Part shown: positions 6,437 through 16,095 of the stretch, piece by piece
How positions within the stretch are numbered: position 1 is the stretch's first letter
Layout of the letters: every line of letters begins with the position of its first letter
From: a virus
Lineage: Duplodnaviria; Caudoviricetes
IMG/VR virus record: IMGVR_UViG_3300031861_000011
Span: 1 to 29,439 of that record
Length of the DNA: 29,439 nt
Strand: one strand, 5' to 3'
The notes under the pieces: model-generated
What the model saw: the letters and a program-made list of their open reading frames with translations, nothing else
The model's database searches: none
What the model was told of the DNA's origin: nothing
Translations under genes and position numbers: made by a program

Positions 6437-7969
6437 TTATGGTCCAAGTCTTGTGCCAGTTGAATTATATATTCCAAAAGCCACCCACGTACTTTCTCCA
6501 GCCGCGTCCCCGCTTCTTAATATATAATTTGCAGCCGCAGAGCCGCCAGCAGTTGTTTTAAATGTTCCAGCATGAGTCAATGTACCATCGTGCACTACAG
6601 CAGCATCAATATCTAAATCACCATCCATATCTATAGTACTTGTAAAATGTGCGGCTCCATTACTCTTTAATCCATCAGAAGCAACCCATTTCCCAACTGT
6701 ACTATTATATAATATACTGTGTACAGTAGCACCGGGTATAATTATACCTCCACCTGATGCTGTAGCATCCGTATGAGCCTTTGCAAAATCCAATGTACCT
6801 GTTCCAGAAAACCCTGTTAAAGTAAAGGTAGTTGTTGTTGGTACTGTAGCGACTACATATATTGCTTCTGCTGTTATACCTGAAGTCCCAGCATTTGTAA
6901 TAAAAACTTTATCCGAAACAGATAATCCATGTGTCTCAGTTGAATTATTTCTCTGTGAAGTAATTGTACCAGAACTAGCATCTGAATCACTATAAACATT
7001 ACTTGCTAGACCAAAAACCATTGTTTTGTCTTCGGAAACCATTATAGTCGTATCATTATATGTTCTAGATCCCTGTACGACTAGATTACCTGTCATAATA
7101 ACTGTATTAGCATCTAACGTCATAGATTCTGTTGCAAAGTTTACATAATCAGATACAGCAACGTTTGCCCAGGCTCCTCCTGTAACGTGCGTATTACCCT
7201 TTAAATTGGTCCTATTTGTGAAGTTTACCGTGCCGGTAACGTTAGCAGTTCCTTCAACGTGTAACATCGCATCACCAAGAGTTGATCCCATTCCGATTGC
7301 AAGATTACCTGAGGTGCCCAAATTCATTCGTTCAGTGGATTGGGATAAAGAGTTACCTGTGAAAAATCTAATTATGTCTTCATCACTCTGATTGTCTGTT
7401 TGAATTTTTGTATCAGCATCTTGATCAGCAGGTTCTGCTAATGGATAAAAAGAAGTTCCTGTATTTCCTTCAAATCTACTTAAAGTTGTATTCCATCTAA
7501 TTGCTCCTGTTGTCCCTGAGCGTTCCGCAGTTGTTCCTCCCGGAATAAGTAAAGAAGCAGATGAATTAGAACCTGCAATTCCACTTACATGGACGGTTCC
7601 CCAACGATATGTAGAATTACCAAAATTTCTATCGCCATTTGTATATGGAATAGTATCTGTATCTACTCTTGCCACAATAGACAACGTATCGGCTGCGGTA
7701 TCACCAATATCAGTGTGTCCGCTTAAACTTGTATCTCCATTAACATTCAAATTTGTATGAATGAGAACACTTCCGCCTACAACAGCTGAAGACTTAATTC
7801 CTATACCACCATTTGAAGTAATAGCACCTGTTGTATTAGATGTTGAATTGGTGGTATTAGAAACGTGTATTACATCTTTTCCACCTGCGGTTTGAGTGTA
7901 CATCAAAAGTTGATTCGAACGCGTTCTCCATAAATCAAACGTGTCTGATAACGCTACATTAGCTGCCAT
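6437..7969 (-). CDS. Tail fibre/whisker-like structural protein
   Basis: N-terminal SDTFDLWRTRSN anchor-like motif, STSNTTGAI..GGIGI beta repeats, IPGGTTAER..GAIRWNTT..FEG, DQDADTKI...IRFFT..ERM and a HGLSVSDKVFI...TTTFTL module, all common in marine myophage fibres. Confidence 0.75.
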   Translation of the reverse strand: MAANVALSDTFDLWRTRSNQLLMYTQTAGGKDVIHVSNTTNSTSNTTGAITSNGGIGIKSSAVVGGSVLIHTNLNVNGDTSLSGHTDIGDTAADTLSIVARVDTDTIPYTNGDRNFGNSTYRWGTVHVSGIAGSNSSASLLIPGGTTAERSGTTGAIRWNTTLSRFEGNTGTSFYPLAEPADQDADTKIQTDNQSDEDIIRFFTGNSLSQSTERMNLGTSGNLAIGMGSTLGDAMLHVEGTANVTGTVNFTNRTNLKGNTHVTGGAWANVAVSDYVNFATESMTLDANTVIMTGNLVVQGSRTYNDTTIMVSEDKTMVFGLASNVYSDSDASSGTITSQRNNSTETHGLSVSDKVFITNAGTSGITAEAIYVVATVPTTTTFTLTGFSGTGTLDFAKAHTDATASGGGIIIPGATVHSILYNSTVGKWVASDGLKSNGAAHFTSTIDMDGDLDIDAAVVHDGTLTHAGTFKTTAGGSAAANYILRSGDAAGESTWVAFGIYNSTGTRLGP

Positions 7970-8192
7970 CTTTATCCTTTTCTAAAACTTTCATTAATAA
8001 TTTTTCTATTTTATCCACAGTATTACTTAATCTGTCAAGCTCAGCCTTATGTTCTTCTCTTTCTGTAAGAAACTTCTGGGTAGCTTGACGAGATAATCTA
8101 TGTCTATTTAGGGCGTCTTTATCTGTGGCTAAAAGTGCCTTCGAATGTATATCCCTAACAAAACGAGGGTCTTCGGTTTGTACTTTACTCAT
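7959..8192 (-). CDS. Small phage protein with C-terminal coiled coil
   Basis: 77 aa, FVRDIHSKALL motif followed by heptads. Overlaps both neighbours, in the slot right after the VrlC-like gene. Confidence 0.75.
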   Translation of the reverse strand: MSKVQTEDPRFVRDIHSKALLATDKDALNRHRLSRQATQKFLTEREEHKAELDRLSNTVDKIEKLLMKVLEKDKDGS

Positions 8193-11100
8193 CCAATGCT
8201 ATTGCCCTTAAATCTTTCACTTTAGGAACTTTTAATGTGCTAGAAGAAAGTAAACATAACTTAATTGAAAATGTTTTAAATTTCTTATAATTAGTTCCAC
8301 TGTCATCTGTATAATCAATTGAATCCCCAGGAGACCTATATATAAGCTCTTTATAATCATCTTCGTTCAAAGAATGAACAGAAGTAGCTGTTTCTTGTGT
8401 TAATTGTATATAGTCTCTATCATCGAATGATGATGGATCATCTGGACTCAATACTTTTGCATACACGTGTATTACTGCAGTTTCTGGTTTATAAGCACTA
8501 ATAATAACTTTTATATCTTCTGCTTCAAAACCATCTTCAAGATTAACTTTTCTTGTAATATATTTAGCGTTAATAGGTCCACCTTGTGGATCTAATTCAC
8601 TGCTAATAACAACATTTGCGTAGTTACTGCCAGTATGTCCCGAATCTGTTATTACTACCGTTGGTGTTGCAGTATATCCAGAGCCTCCATTAGTAATTGT
8701 TGTATCAGTAATTAATCCTGCAGCAACTGTTAAATCCATTGTAGCGCCTGTACCATTCCCTCCAGAAATAGTTGCAACAGCTGAAGATGTATAACTCGCT
8801 CCTGCATTAACTATATATACCTGTCCATCTGCAATGGCAGCATTATCAACATCATTTTCAATAGTAGTTAAACTAAATCTTGAAAGATCAATCATCGGAG
8901 AAACAAATTTTGAAGTAGAACGAATTGTAATATGAGCACTAAAACAATTTGCTGTATTTGCCTTCATCATCATTCGTTCTTCCGGATAAACATTTTTATC
9001 TCTTTCGCCTGTCACATAATTTGTTGTTGAATATCCTCCAGCCGTATTAGTAGTCTTATATGCAAATCCAACTGTTGAACTATCAAATTGCATTAGTGAT
9101 GAATTAAATTTATAAACATCAGAATAAACATTAGTTGTTGCTGCTGATTGACTAGATGTATTAGACATCAAGATTATATTACCTTGATTTATTGTAGTAA
9201 AATGACATCTATTAACTCTCATCATTAATGATTCACCCGGAGATGTTTGTGGCATACCAGCATTAGTTGGCAAATATAATGTTTCAATATTTGGTTGTTT
9301 CGGTATTCTGATATTAGGACTAATCGATGTTGTGCTCAATGGACTCAATCCTTGTATTGCTGTCCATAATTGATATTCAGAACTATTTGAAATAATAACT
9401 AATGCATACTCATCACCTGGTAAATATACTGGCGCTGGAAATTCAAATGTAGTATAATGAGATGTATTTGCTGAATCTGGCGCGGTCAGAACAGTATTAA
9501 TTTCTTCAGGCCTCTTCGAAATTTCTGCATGTGGAATAATGGTACCTGAACTTGGATAACCATTAATCATTGGTCTAATTTGTAATGTTACAGTTAATTG
9601 CGGTGTTGAACTATTAGCAGTTGCCTTTTGTCTAAACCATAAATCTACTGATTTAATAAAAGCACCTTCTGGAAAATTACTCTTATTAACTAAAAATGTT
9701 TGAGTCATGGGATCCATCCATCCGGATGATCCTTCAACTCTATTAATAGGACTAGATATTACATTTTCATTAGTAACATCTTCTCTTCGCGAAATAGACG
9801 GCCTAGTTGAAACTGAAGTAGGTTCTCTACCATCTACCATTCCTCTTGCATGAAAAGTACATTCTGCTGCCATAGTAGAACTTGAAACTACATCAGATTC
9901 ATGATCTGTAACTCTTAATAATCTTTCACCTGACTTATGAGCATATGCTGGCACAGAAAGAACTCCAGCAAATTCACCAGCCTGGTTAGATGCCATATAA
10001 TCTGCTTGACCTTTTGTTGGAACAGTTCTATTTGATATAACTCCTGTTACTCCGCTATTTGAAGTAAGAATAGTTGTTGAACCTGGTGAAAAACTTTGAT
10101 CTATATCGGCATTATCACCATTTTGATCTACTGCTTTAATTACTTTAATATATGCGGTCGCGGTTCCACCTGAAGTAGTTAATTTTGGTAATATAACTTG
10201 CGCAACATTTGAACCTTCAGATATTGTTTCACCTAACTTCAAATGTTTGTCTGTATCAACACCATTAAGTGTTACAAAAGGCATTGGATAAACATTAGCT
10301 GTTACATTATCACCATCGAAGAATATGTAAACATTTGTTACAGGCTTTACTCCTTTAGCTACAAAATAAATTCTTTGATCATCTGGAGCATATTGTGAAT
10401 TAAGCTCATGAGCACGCAACCAGAAAGTCACAGAAATATCTGTAACCTTATTACCAAGTGATCTTTTAATTGAATCTGGAATATTTTTTGAAGTTATGCC
10501 TTTTCGTGTTTGTCCTTGTGAAATAAGATTTGCTTTTCTTATTCCGCTAGAAGTAGAGCCGGCGTCTTTAACACTTATTTCTGGTTCTGGATTAATTTGT
10601 TCACCATGCCAATTCTTAGTCCAGTTATCCCACTGTGATCCATGACCCCCTCTATATGCACCAAATTGCCAGTTATCATTTACACCTTCTATATTAACTA
10701 ATACTTCCGGTCTTGTGTTAGTATCATACCATAAATCAGAATCCGGATATGTTTTAACACCGCCAGAAAATTGAGCCAAGGCAAATGGATTAATTGCTTT
10801 ATAAGTACTTGCTAAAGGTTGGTTAACCAAATTAGCAGATGTAAAAGGCAATGTTACTAATTCTTTTCCGGGTAAATGCCAAGAAACATTATTACTAGAT
10901 CCGCCTGTCATATAAAAAGAATAATTATCTGTTTTAAATGGAGCTCTTAATTCATTTCTTTCTATATCAATTGAACATCTATAATCATTATTAATTACAT
11001 CACCAACTGAATGTCCTTTAAATCCATCTACTAAAATTCCATTTTTAAATCTATCACCAGCAGGATTGAAAAGCGAATCTTGTGTTGATCCACCAGAAAT

Positions 11101-14100
11101 AGATGAAGCAGCTGCCTCTTTTTCCAACATTGATAATGCAGTATAATATTCTAAATTTTCAATTCTTTTTTCTAATTTACCAATATCTCTCATTGTATAA
11201 CGTCTATTATCAATATACTTTGTTTTAACATCATCCGTACTAAAAGTATATGGCGGAATAGTTAACGTATACAATGTCATGGAATCATCATCATCCGGAG
11301 GAGAAATTGGTTCTAATGCTGGGATTCCTTTAATTACTCTAAATTTCTTATCTTTAGATAAAGCCAATTTATCTTTACGACCCAAATAATATTGTGTATT
11401 AAATTGTAATGTATATTCCGGATCCGGTGTTCCACCAGCAGAACCTAACTGCGAAGATGGAATTGCTTCGTTATTAGATGTCATATCATTTGTCGTGTTA
11501 GAACCTTTATCGTTATTTGCTGAATAACGTGTAGGTCTAAAATCTATACAATCCCTTAATTGTATTTCTTGACCAGTTGTAGGACTTGTATATTTTGAAA
11601 TAGCAGAAAAATCAAACCCTTTTCTTTTAACACCATCTAAGCCATAATGATAGCCGGTATTAGAACTTACATCTGCATATGATGCAATTGAAAAATAACC
11701 TGCGAGAGCATCTTGAATTGGAGGTGTCAAAGCCGGATTACTAAAATGATCAACAATTGCTAATACTTGTCCTTTCGGAGAAGGGCTTCCAGGTTTTAAT
11801 ATAATAGAAGACCAATCATAATAATTATCTCGTTGTCCATTATCTAAATCATAATTACTAGTAATATCTGAGGCAGTTGTTGAAGTCACTTCATCAAGCG
11901 CAGTTAACATTGCTGAACTTACAGGAGCTGCAGGATCTCCGGAATCAATTATATATACCAAATTAACAACATCAGAAATCATTAAATTATCTTTTTTGCC
12001 AGCAACTTTATTAGGAGTAGCAAAATGTACTTGTCCTTTAGATATATCTGAATTAGAAGACAAGTTGGTTGTATTCCCAATTGTTAATGTTTTAGATCTT
12101 GGCGAAGCATTTGCTGTTCTAATAGTTGATGTTACTTCAACTTGATATGCTCCATTTTTTGAATTTAAATTTAATGTTGTTTGAGTCGAACTATCAATAG
12201 TTGCTGTTCTGCCTGTAGCATTATCAAAATTTAATATCTGCCCTTCAGTTAATTCTTCACCTGATATATTATCAATAGGGGGATTAGACGGATCATCAAT
12301 TGTTTTTATAGTTACTGTATATAATTCTTTTGCTGTTGATGCGGGTTGTGCACCAGACCCTATAAAGGTACCAGCACTAGTTGACACAGTGGTCGTGCCT
12401 GCAATCGGTACAGAAACTACTTGAACTGTTTTAAATGTATAAGTAACCCCATCAGGTATAGTGGCCAAAGGTGAAAATGGTAATTGAAATAATAATGTAT
12501 TTTTACTTACCCCAGATAATAGAGCTGTTCCTTCAGGATCATTATTAAATTTTGATAACTTATCAATATCTGCTTGTGTTGTTTTTACAACATGAGTATT
12601 ATTAGCAGCATTTAATTGATCAATAGCAGTATGTTTTACAATTAACGATCCTAAATCTTGAAATTTAAAAGAAATAGTAAATGATGAATTTGATAATACC
12701 TTTTGTGATAGAGCAGTATTAGCTTTAATGGTATGTTGTGAACCTATAGCAATATATTCCGCAACAGTAACAGTATCACTTGAAACAGTAGAGCCATTTG
12801 TAGTATTAACAGTTAATGTTGCACCTTTATATGCGCCATTTGCATAAGATGTGAGGCGCGCCGGTACGCCAATAGTTGTTAAATCATCACCTTCACCGGA
12901 CACCTCGCCAGCGATAGTTTGATTTAAACGTATATCATATATTCGTGAAGAATATACAGAATGATAATGTGAAGTATTAGATGAAGATAAATCTGCTTGT
13001 TCCCAATCAAACGATCTTACTCTAGCTGTTCCCATTTTTGTTTGATTGTATTTTGTTAATGCATTAGTATCATTAGACATAGCATTAACAGCAGCGGAAG
13101 GACAACAATGCAAATCTACAAGTTCATGTTTAGAGATATCAAAAGAACCTAAAACATTTTTAAGATATAAGGAATTACCATAATCTGATGCGATGATATA
13201 ATCTGATACATTTGCAGTATCACGACCTCTTTCTACATCAATATATTGTGTTGCAATACTTTCATATTCATAACCTTTTACATATGCTTTTCCTGCTTCT
13301 AATCCTACTGAAAATAAAGCAGTATTACCTTGTTTATGAGGTTTTAATTGAATCCCAAACGGCCGAACTGTATACGAACCTGATTCATCATATGTTCTTC
13401 GTGCTAATGTTTTTTCAAGTTCACCATACATTGGGAATTTAGTTTCGGAAACCTTTACACCCTCTTCCATCCTAACTAATTCTATAAATTTTTCCCCAGC
13501 AAATTCTGTAATAGTATCAGAAGTTTTTGTAGTAGTTCCATCTGTGGCAACTACTTCAGTTACAATATCTAAAGATGTTAACGTCAAAAGCATTTTAAAT
13601 CTGTCGGCACCAGGCGCGGCATAATTAGCAGTACCCTGTGCGTTATCTAAAATAGACGGATCATCATCTGTTTGAACAATAGATTCTGTTACTGTTAATC
13701 CAATTCTTTTGGTTGGGAAGTTACTATACTTGGCTAAGGCAACAGTTTGCGCGAGAACTATAACAAAATATCCACTTACATAAAAACATCCTTCTGTAAT
13801 ACTTGCAAGAGAAGCTGTATTTTGAGCATATGCAACACCAGAAGTTCCACTTAAACTGACTGTATTAGCTTGTGTTGGTGTTGTTTCTAAAGTGGAAATT
13901 GTTTCACCATCTAGAAAATTTCCACCACCCAATTTAGAAAAAATTAATGTGGGTTGATCTGATACAGTAACAGCTTCGGCTTGAATAACTAAACCTTTTG
14001 CTCCTGAAGTTTCACCTGTAATAGTTTTTCCCGCAAATGAACCTATTGTAACATCTGCATTATCAAATGCGGATTCTAACTTTAAAGAATTAACTTGTGT

Positions 14101-14316
14101 ATTGAGTGTTACATCCCCACCGAAAACTTTGCTGCCTTCTTTGAAGATATGATCACCAAACCTGGTAACTTGCTCCTGCAAGATGGTTTGCATTTGGGTA
14201 AGTTCCCTTGCCTGAACAGCAAAACCAGGTCTGAATAAAACTCTATGAAAGTTTTTATCTTTATCATAGTCATCATAGTATGGTGCAATGTTAAAATTAG
14301 TTTTTACGCCTGACAC
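8185..14316 (-). CDS. VrlC-like / DUF4815 large virion structural protein
   Basis: N-terminus NIAPYYDDYD..KNFHRVLFRPGFAVQARELTQMQTILQ, plus APGADR, LARRTYDESG, YTMRDIGKLEKRIENLEYYT, RFKNGILVDGF and C-terminal PKVKDLRAIAL. GTG start. Confidence 0.88.
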   Translation of the reverse strand: MSGVKTNFNIAPYYDDYDKDKNFHRVLFRPGFAVQARELTQMQTILQEQVTRFGDHIFKEGSKVFGGDVTLNTQVNSLKLESAFDNADVTIGSFAGKTITGETSGAKGLVIQAEAVTVSDQPTLIFSKLGGGNFLDGETISTLETTPTQANTVSLSGTSGVAYAQNTASLASITEGCFYVSGYFVIVLAQTVALAKYSNFPTKRIGLTVTESIVQTDDDPSILDNAQGTANYAAPGADRFKMLLTLTSLDIVTEVVATDGTTTKTSDTITEFAGEKFIELVRMEEGVKVSETKFPMYGELEKTLARRTYDESGSYTVRPFGIQLKPHKQGNTALFSVGLEAGKAYVKGYEYESIATQYIDVERGRDTANVSDYIIASDYGNSLYLKNVLGSFDISKHELVDLHCCPSAAVNAMSNDTNALTKYNQTKMGTARVRSFDWEQADLSSSNTSHYHSVYSSRIYDIRLNQTIAGEVSGEGDDLTTIGVPARLTSYANGAYKGATLTVNTTNGSTVSSDTVTVAEYIAIGSQHTIKANTALSQKVLSNSSFTISFKFQDLGSLIVKHTAIDQLNAANNTHVVKTTQADIDKLSKFNNDPEGTALLSGVSKNTLLFQLPFSPLATIPDGVTYTFKTVQVVSVPIAGTTTVSTSAGTFIGSGAQPASTAKELYTVTIKTIDDPSNPPIDNISGEELTEGQILNFDNATGRTATIDSSTQTTLNLNSKNGAYQVEVTSTIRTANASPRSKTLTIGNTTNLSSNSDISKGQVHFATPNKVAGKKDNLMISDVVNLVYIIDSGDPAAPVSSAMLTALDEVTSTTASDITSNYDLDNGQRDNYYDWSSIILKPGSPSPKGQVLAIVDHFSNPALTPPIQDALAGYFSIASYADVSSNTGYHYGLDGVKRKGFDFSAISKYTSPTTGQEIQLRDCIDFRPTRYSANNDKGSNTTNDMTSNNEAIPSSQLGSAGGTPDPEYTLQFNTQYYLGRKDKLALSKDKKFRVIKGIPALEPISPPDDDDSMTLYTLTIPPYTFSTDDVKTKYIDNRRYTMRDIGKLEKRIENLEYYTALSMLEKEAAASSISGGSTQDSLFNPAGDRFKNGILVDGFKGHSVGDVINNDYRCSIDIERNELRAPFKTDNYSFYMTGGSSNNVSWHLPGKELVTLPFTSANLVNQPLASTYKAINPFALAQFSGGVKTYPDSDLWYDTNTRPEVLVNIEGVNDNWQFGAYRGGHGSQWDNWTKNWHGEQINPEPEISVKDAGSTSSGIRKANLISQGQTRKGITSKNIPDSIKRSLGNKVTDISVTFWLRAHELNSQYAPDDQRIYFVAKGVKPVTNVYIFFDGDNVTANVYPMPFVTLNGVDTDKHLKLGETISEGSNVAQVILPKLTTSGGTATAYIKVIKAVDQNGDNADIDQSFSPGSTTILTSNSGVTGVISNRTVPTKGQADYMASNQAGEFAGVLSVPAYAHKSGERLLRVTDHESDVVSSSTMAAECTFHARGMVDGREPTSVSTRPSISRREDVTNENVISSPINRVEGSSGWMDPMTQTFLVNKSNFPEGAFIKSVDLWFRQKATANSSTPQLTVTLQIRPMINGYPSSGTIIPHAEISKRPEEINTVLTAPDSANTSHYTTFEFPAPVYLPGDEYALVIISNSSEYQLWTAIQGLSPLSTTSISPNIRIPKQPNIETLYLPTNAGMPQTSPGESLMMRVNRCHFTTINQGNIILMSNTSSQSAATTNVYSDVYKFNSSLMQFDSSTVGFAYKTTNTAGGYSTTNYVTGERDKNVYPEERMMMKANTANCFSAHITIRSTSKFVSPMIDLSRFSLTTIENDVDNAAIADGQVYIVNAGASYTSSAVATISGGNGTGATMDLTVAAGLITDTTITNGGSGYTATPTVVITDSGHTGSNYANVVISSELDPQGGPINAKYITRKVNLEDGFEAEDIKVIISAYKPETAVIHVYAKVLSPDDPSSFDDRDYIQLTQETATSVHSLNEDDYKELIYRSPGDSIDYTDDSGTNYKKFKTFSIKLCLLSSSTLKVPKVKDLRAIALDE

Positions 14317-14339
14317 TTATATCTCTTTCAGTTAAATTA

Positions 14340-16067
14340 TTAGAAGTTAATTATCAACTTAACATCTTCAATTTGGTCACTTGCTCTTGAAATTGGTGAT
14401 CTATTTTCAACATATAAAATATCACCAGTATATTGTTTTAAGTCAGGTCCTTCAATAGCACTTGTATTAGCAGTTGTTGCACCACCGGATACAGTTAAAG
14501 CTTCATTAGATTGAAAAGAACCTGCTGTTTCGTCCCAACCATCTGAAGCATTTGAACCTTTAGTAACTTGAGACAATCTCAACTTACTTGTGCCTGAAGT
14601 CCAATCAACCACTCTTCCGGTTGCACCTGATACTGACCCTGTTACCAATTGATCAGAAGCATATGCAGATCCAGAAAAGGATTGTACTGTAATTCTAAGT
14701 GCCTGGTCAGCTAATGAAATTGTTGCTGGTATTCCTAAATCGTTATCTTGAGTAGTATTAGCAGCATTTGGATGCGAAATTAAACCAATTTTTCTAAAGT
14801 CATTGGCAACGGTAAATTCACCAGACTCGTCATTTTCAAGCCTTACATTAACCATAACATTATAACCACCTAATTCTTCAGTTGAATCAAAGCCATGACC
14901 ACCTTTTGGTTCAATAACAGCCTGAACTGTTGCATCATCTGTATTCCAAGAATTATTTGCTAATACATTAACAATAGCATTTGTATATCCTGAACCTGCG
15001 GCTATTGTTACAACATCAGTTAACCCTGAAGTATTAGTTCCATTTGCTCTTGCATTCGCAGATTCGCCGTCACCTAAGATTTGTAATCTAGGTGCAACTT
15101 GAAAACTATCACCTTGTCCAGCTGCAGCCGAAGTAGCAGGTGCAAAAGTAATAACTTTTGTGCTACCAACATAATCTGTAATAGTTCCGCCTTGTCCTTC
15201 AGCGTCACCTGATGTAAAGAAAATATCTGAACCAATATAGATATTATCTGCAGCACTAGCAGTACTGTGAATACGAACAGAAGTTGTCGTATGTGAATAT
15301 GCACTTCCAAAACCATTATCTAATGTGTTTGTTTCAAAAATCAAATATTCCACACCGCCAACTGTTCCGTTAGCAGTTTTTCTATAAATGTTAACAGCAC
15401 CATCCACAGCACTGTTTTCAACAGCTCTCTGTAAGGTGTTTTCCTGTGTGGCCGAAGCCATAACAGTATTTTGATAACGTACTTGTTGTACTGGAATATA
15501 ATTGGTTGTTACAAATTTCAGTGCCGAAGCAGCAGAAATTGTAAACATATATTTCCATTTATAACCATCAGAACCTGGTGTAACAATAGTTGTTGCTTGA
15601 CCAATTGGTTTTGCTAAACTATTACCCCCAGTGTTATTATTTGCTAAACACTTATATACATTATATTCATCTGTTAAGACATAAAAAGAATTTGCGAGCA
15701 TAGTATTTTCACTATTATTATAAGCGAAATATGGTGTATTGTTTGCCCAATTATATCTAGGAATACAATGTGTTACATCAGTAGATACAACTTTTTTAGC
15801 TGCAATCATATCTTTCCAATGATTATAATAAGTATTTGAAACTGAATCGGTGGGTGTAGGAGGTACTGTGTCTGTATCTGCCGCCGCGGCTCCTGCTACA
15901 TTAGCCCAGTTCTGGACACCACCGATAAAAAGATACATATTAGATTCTAAGTATGTATCGCCCGCGACTGTGTTCGCAAAAGTCGTCATTCCGCGATCTT
16001 CGTCAAAAGACTCCCGAAACTGTCTTGCATTGAACATTCTAAATTTATTTGTTACTAAAGCCGGCAT
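14340..16067 (-). CDS. gp8: Baseplate wedge subunit gp8
   Basis: MYLFIG, DMIAAKKV, PRYNW, FYVLTDEYNVYKCL.N, DGYKWKYMFTI and C-terminal GDILYVENRSPISRASDQIEDVKLIINF are typical of gp8. Confidence 0.92.
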   Translation of the reverse strand: MPALVTNKFRMFNARQFRESFDEDRGMTTFANTVAGDTYLESNMYLFIGGVQNWANVAGAAAADTDTVPPTPTDSVSNTYYNHWKDMIAAKKVVSTDVTHCIPRYNWANNTPYFAYNNSENTMLANSFYVLTDEYNVYKCLANNNTGGNSLAKPIGQATTIVTPGSDGYKWKYMFTISAASALKFVTTNYIPVQQVRYQNTVMASATQENTLQRAVENSAVDGAVNIYRKTANGTVGGVEYLIFETNTLDNGFGSAYSHTTTSVRIHSTASAADNIYIGSDIFFTSGDAEGQGGTITDYVGSTKVITFAPATSAAAGQGDSFQVAPRLQILGDGESANARANGTNTSGLTDVVTIAAGSGYTNAIVNVLANNSWNTDDATVQAVIEPKGGHGFDSTEELGGYNVMVNVRLENDESGEFTVANDFRKIGLISHPNAANTTQDNDLGIPATISLADQALRITVQSFSGSAYASDQLVTGSVSGATGRVVDWTSGTSKLRLSQVTKGSNASDGWDETAGSFQSNEALTVSGGATTANTSAIEGPDLKQYTGDILYVENRSPISRASDQIEDVKLIINF

Positions 16068-16095
16068 TCGATAACTCCAATCTTTTATTAATTAA

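Noticed and set aside
8192-14340. Absence of recognisable gp9-gp12 and wac genes after gp8
   Set aside because: A VrlC-like protein plus divergent fibres in this slot is common in marine T4-like phages, so this is not novel by itself.
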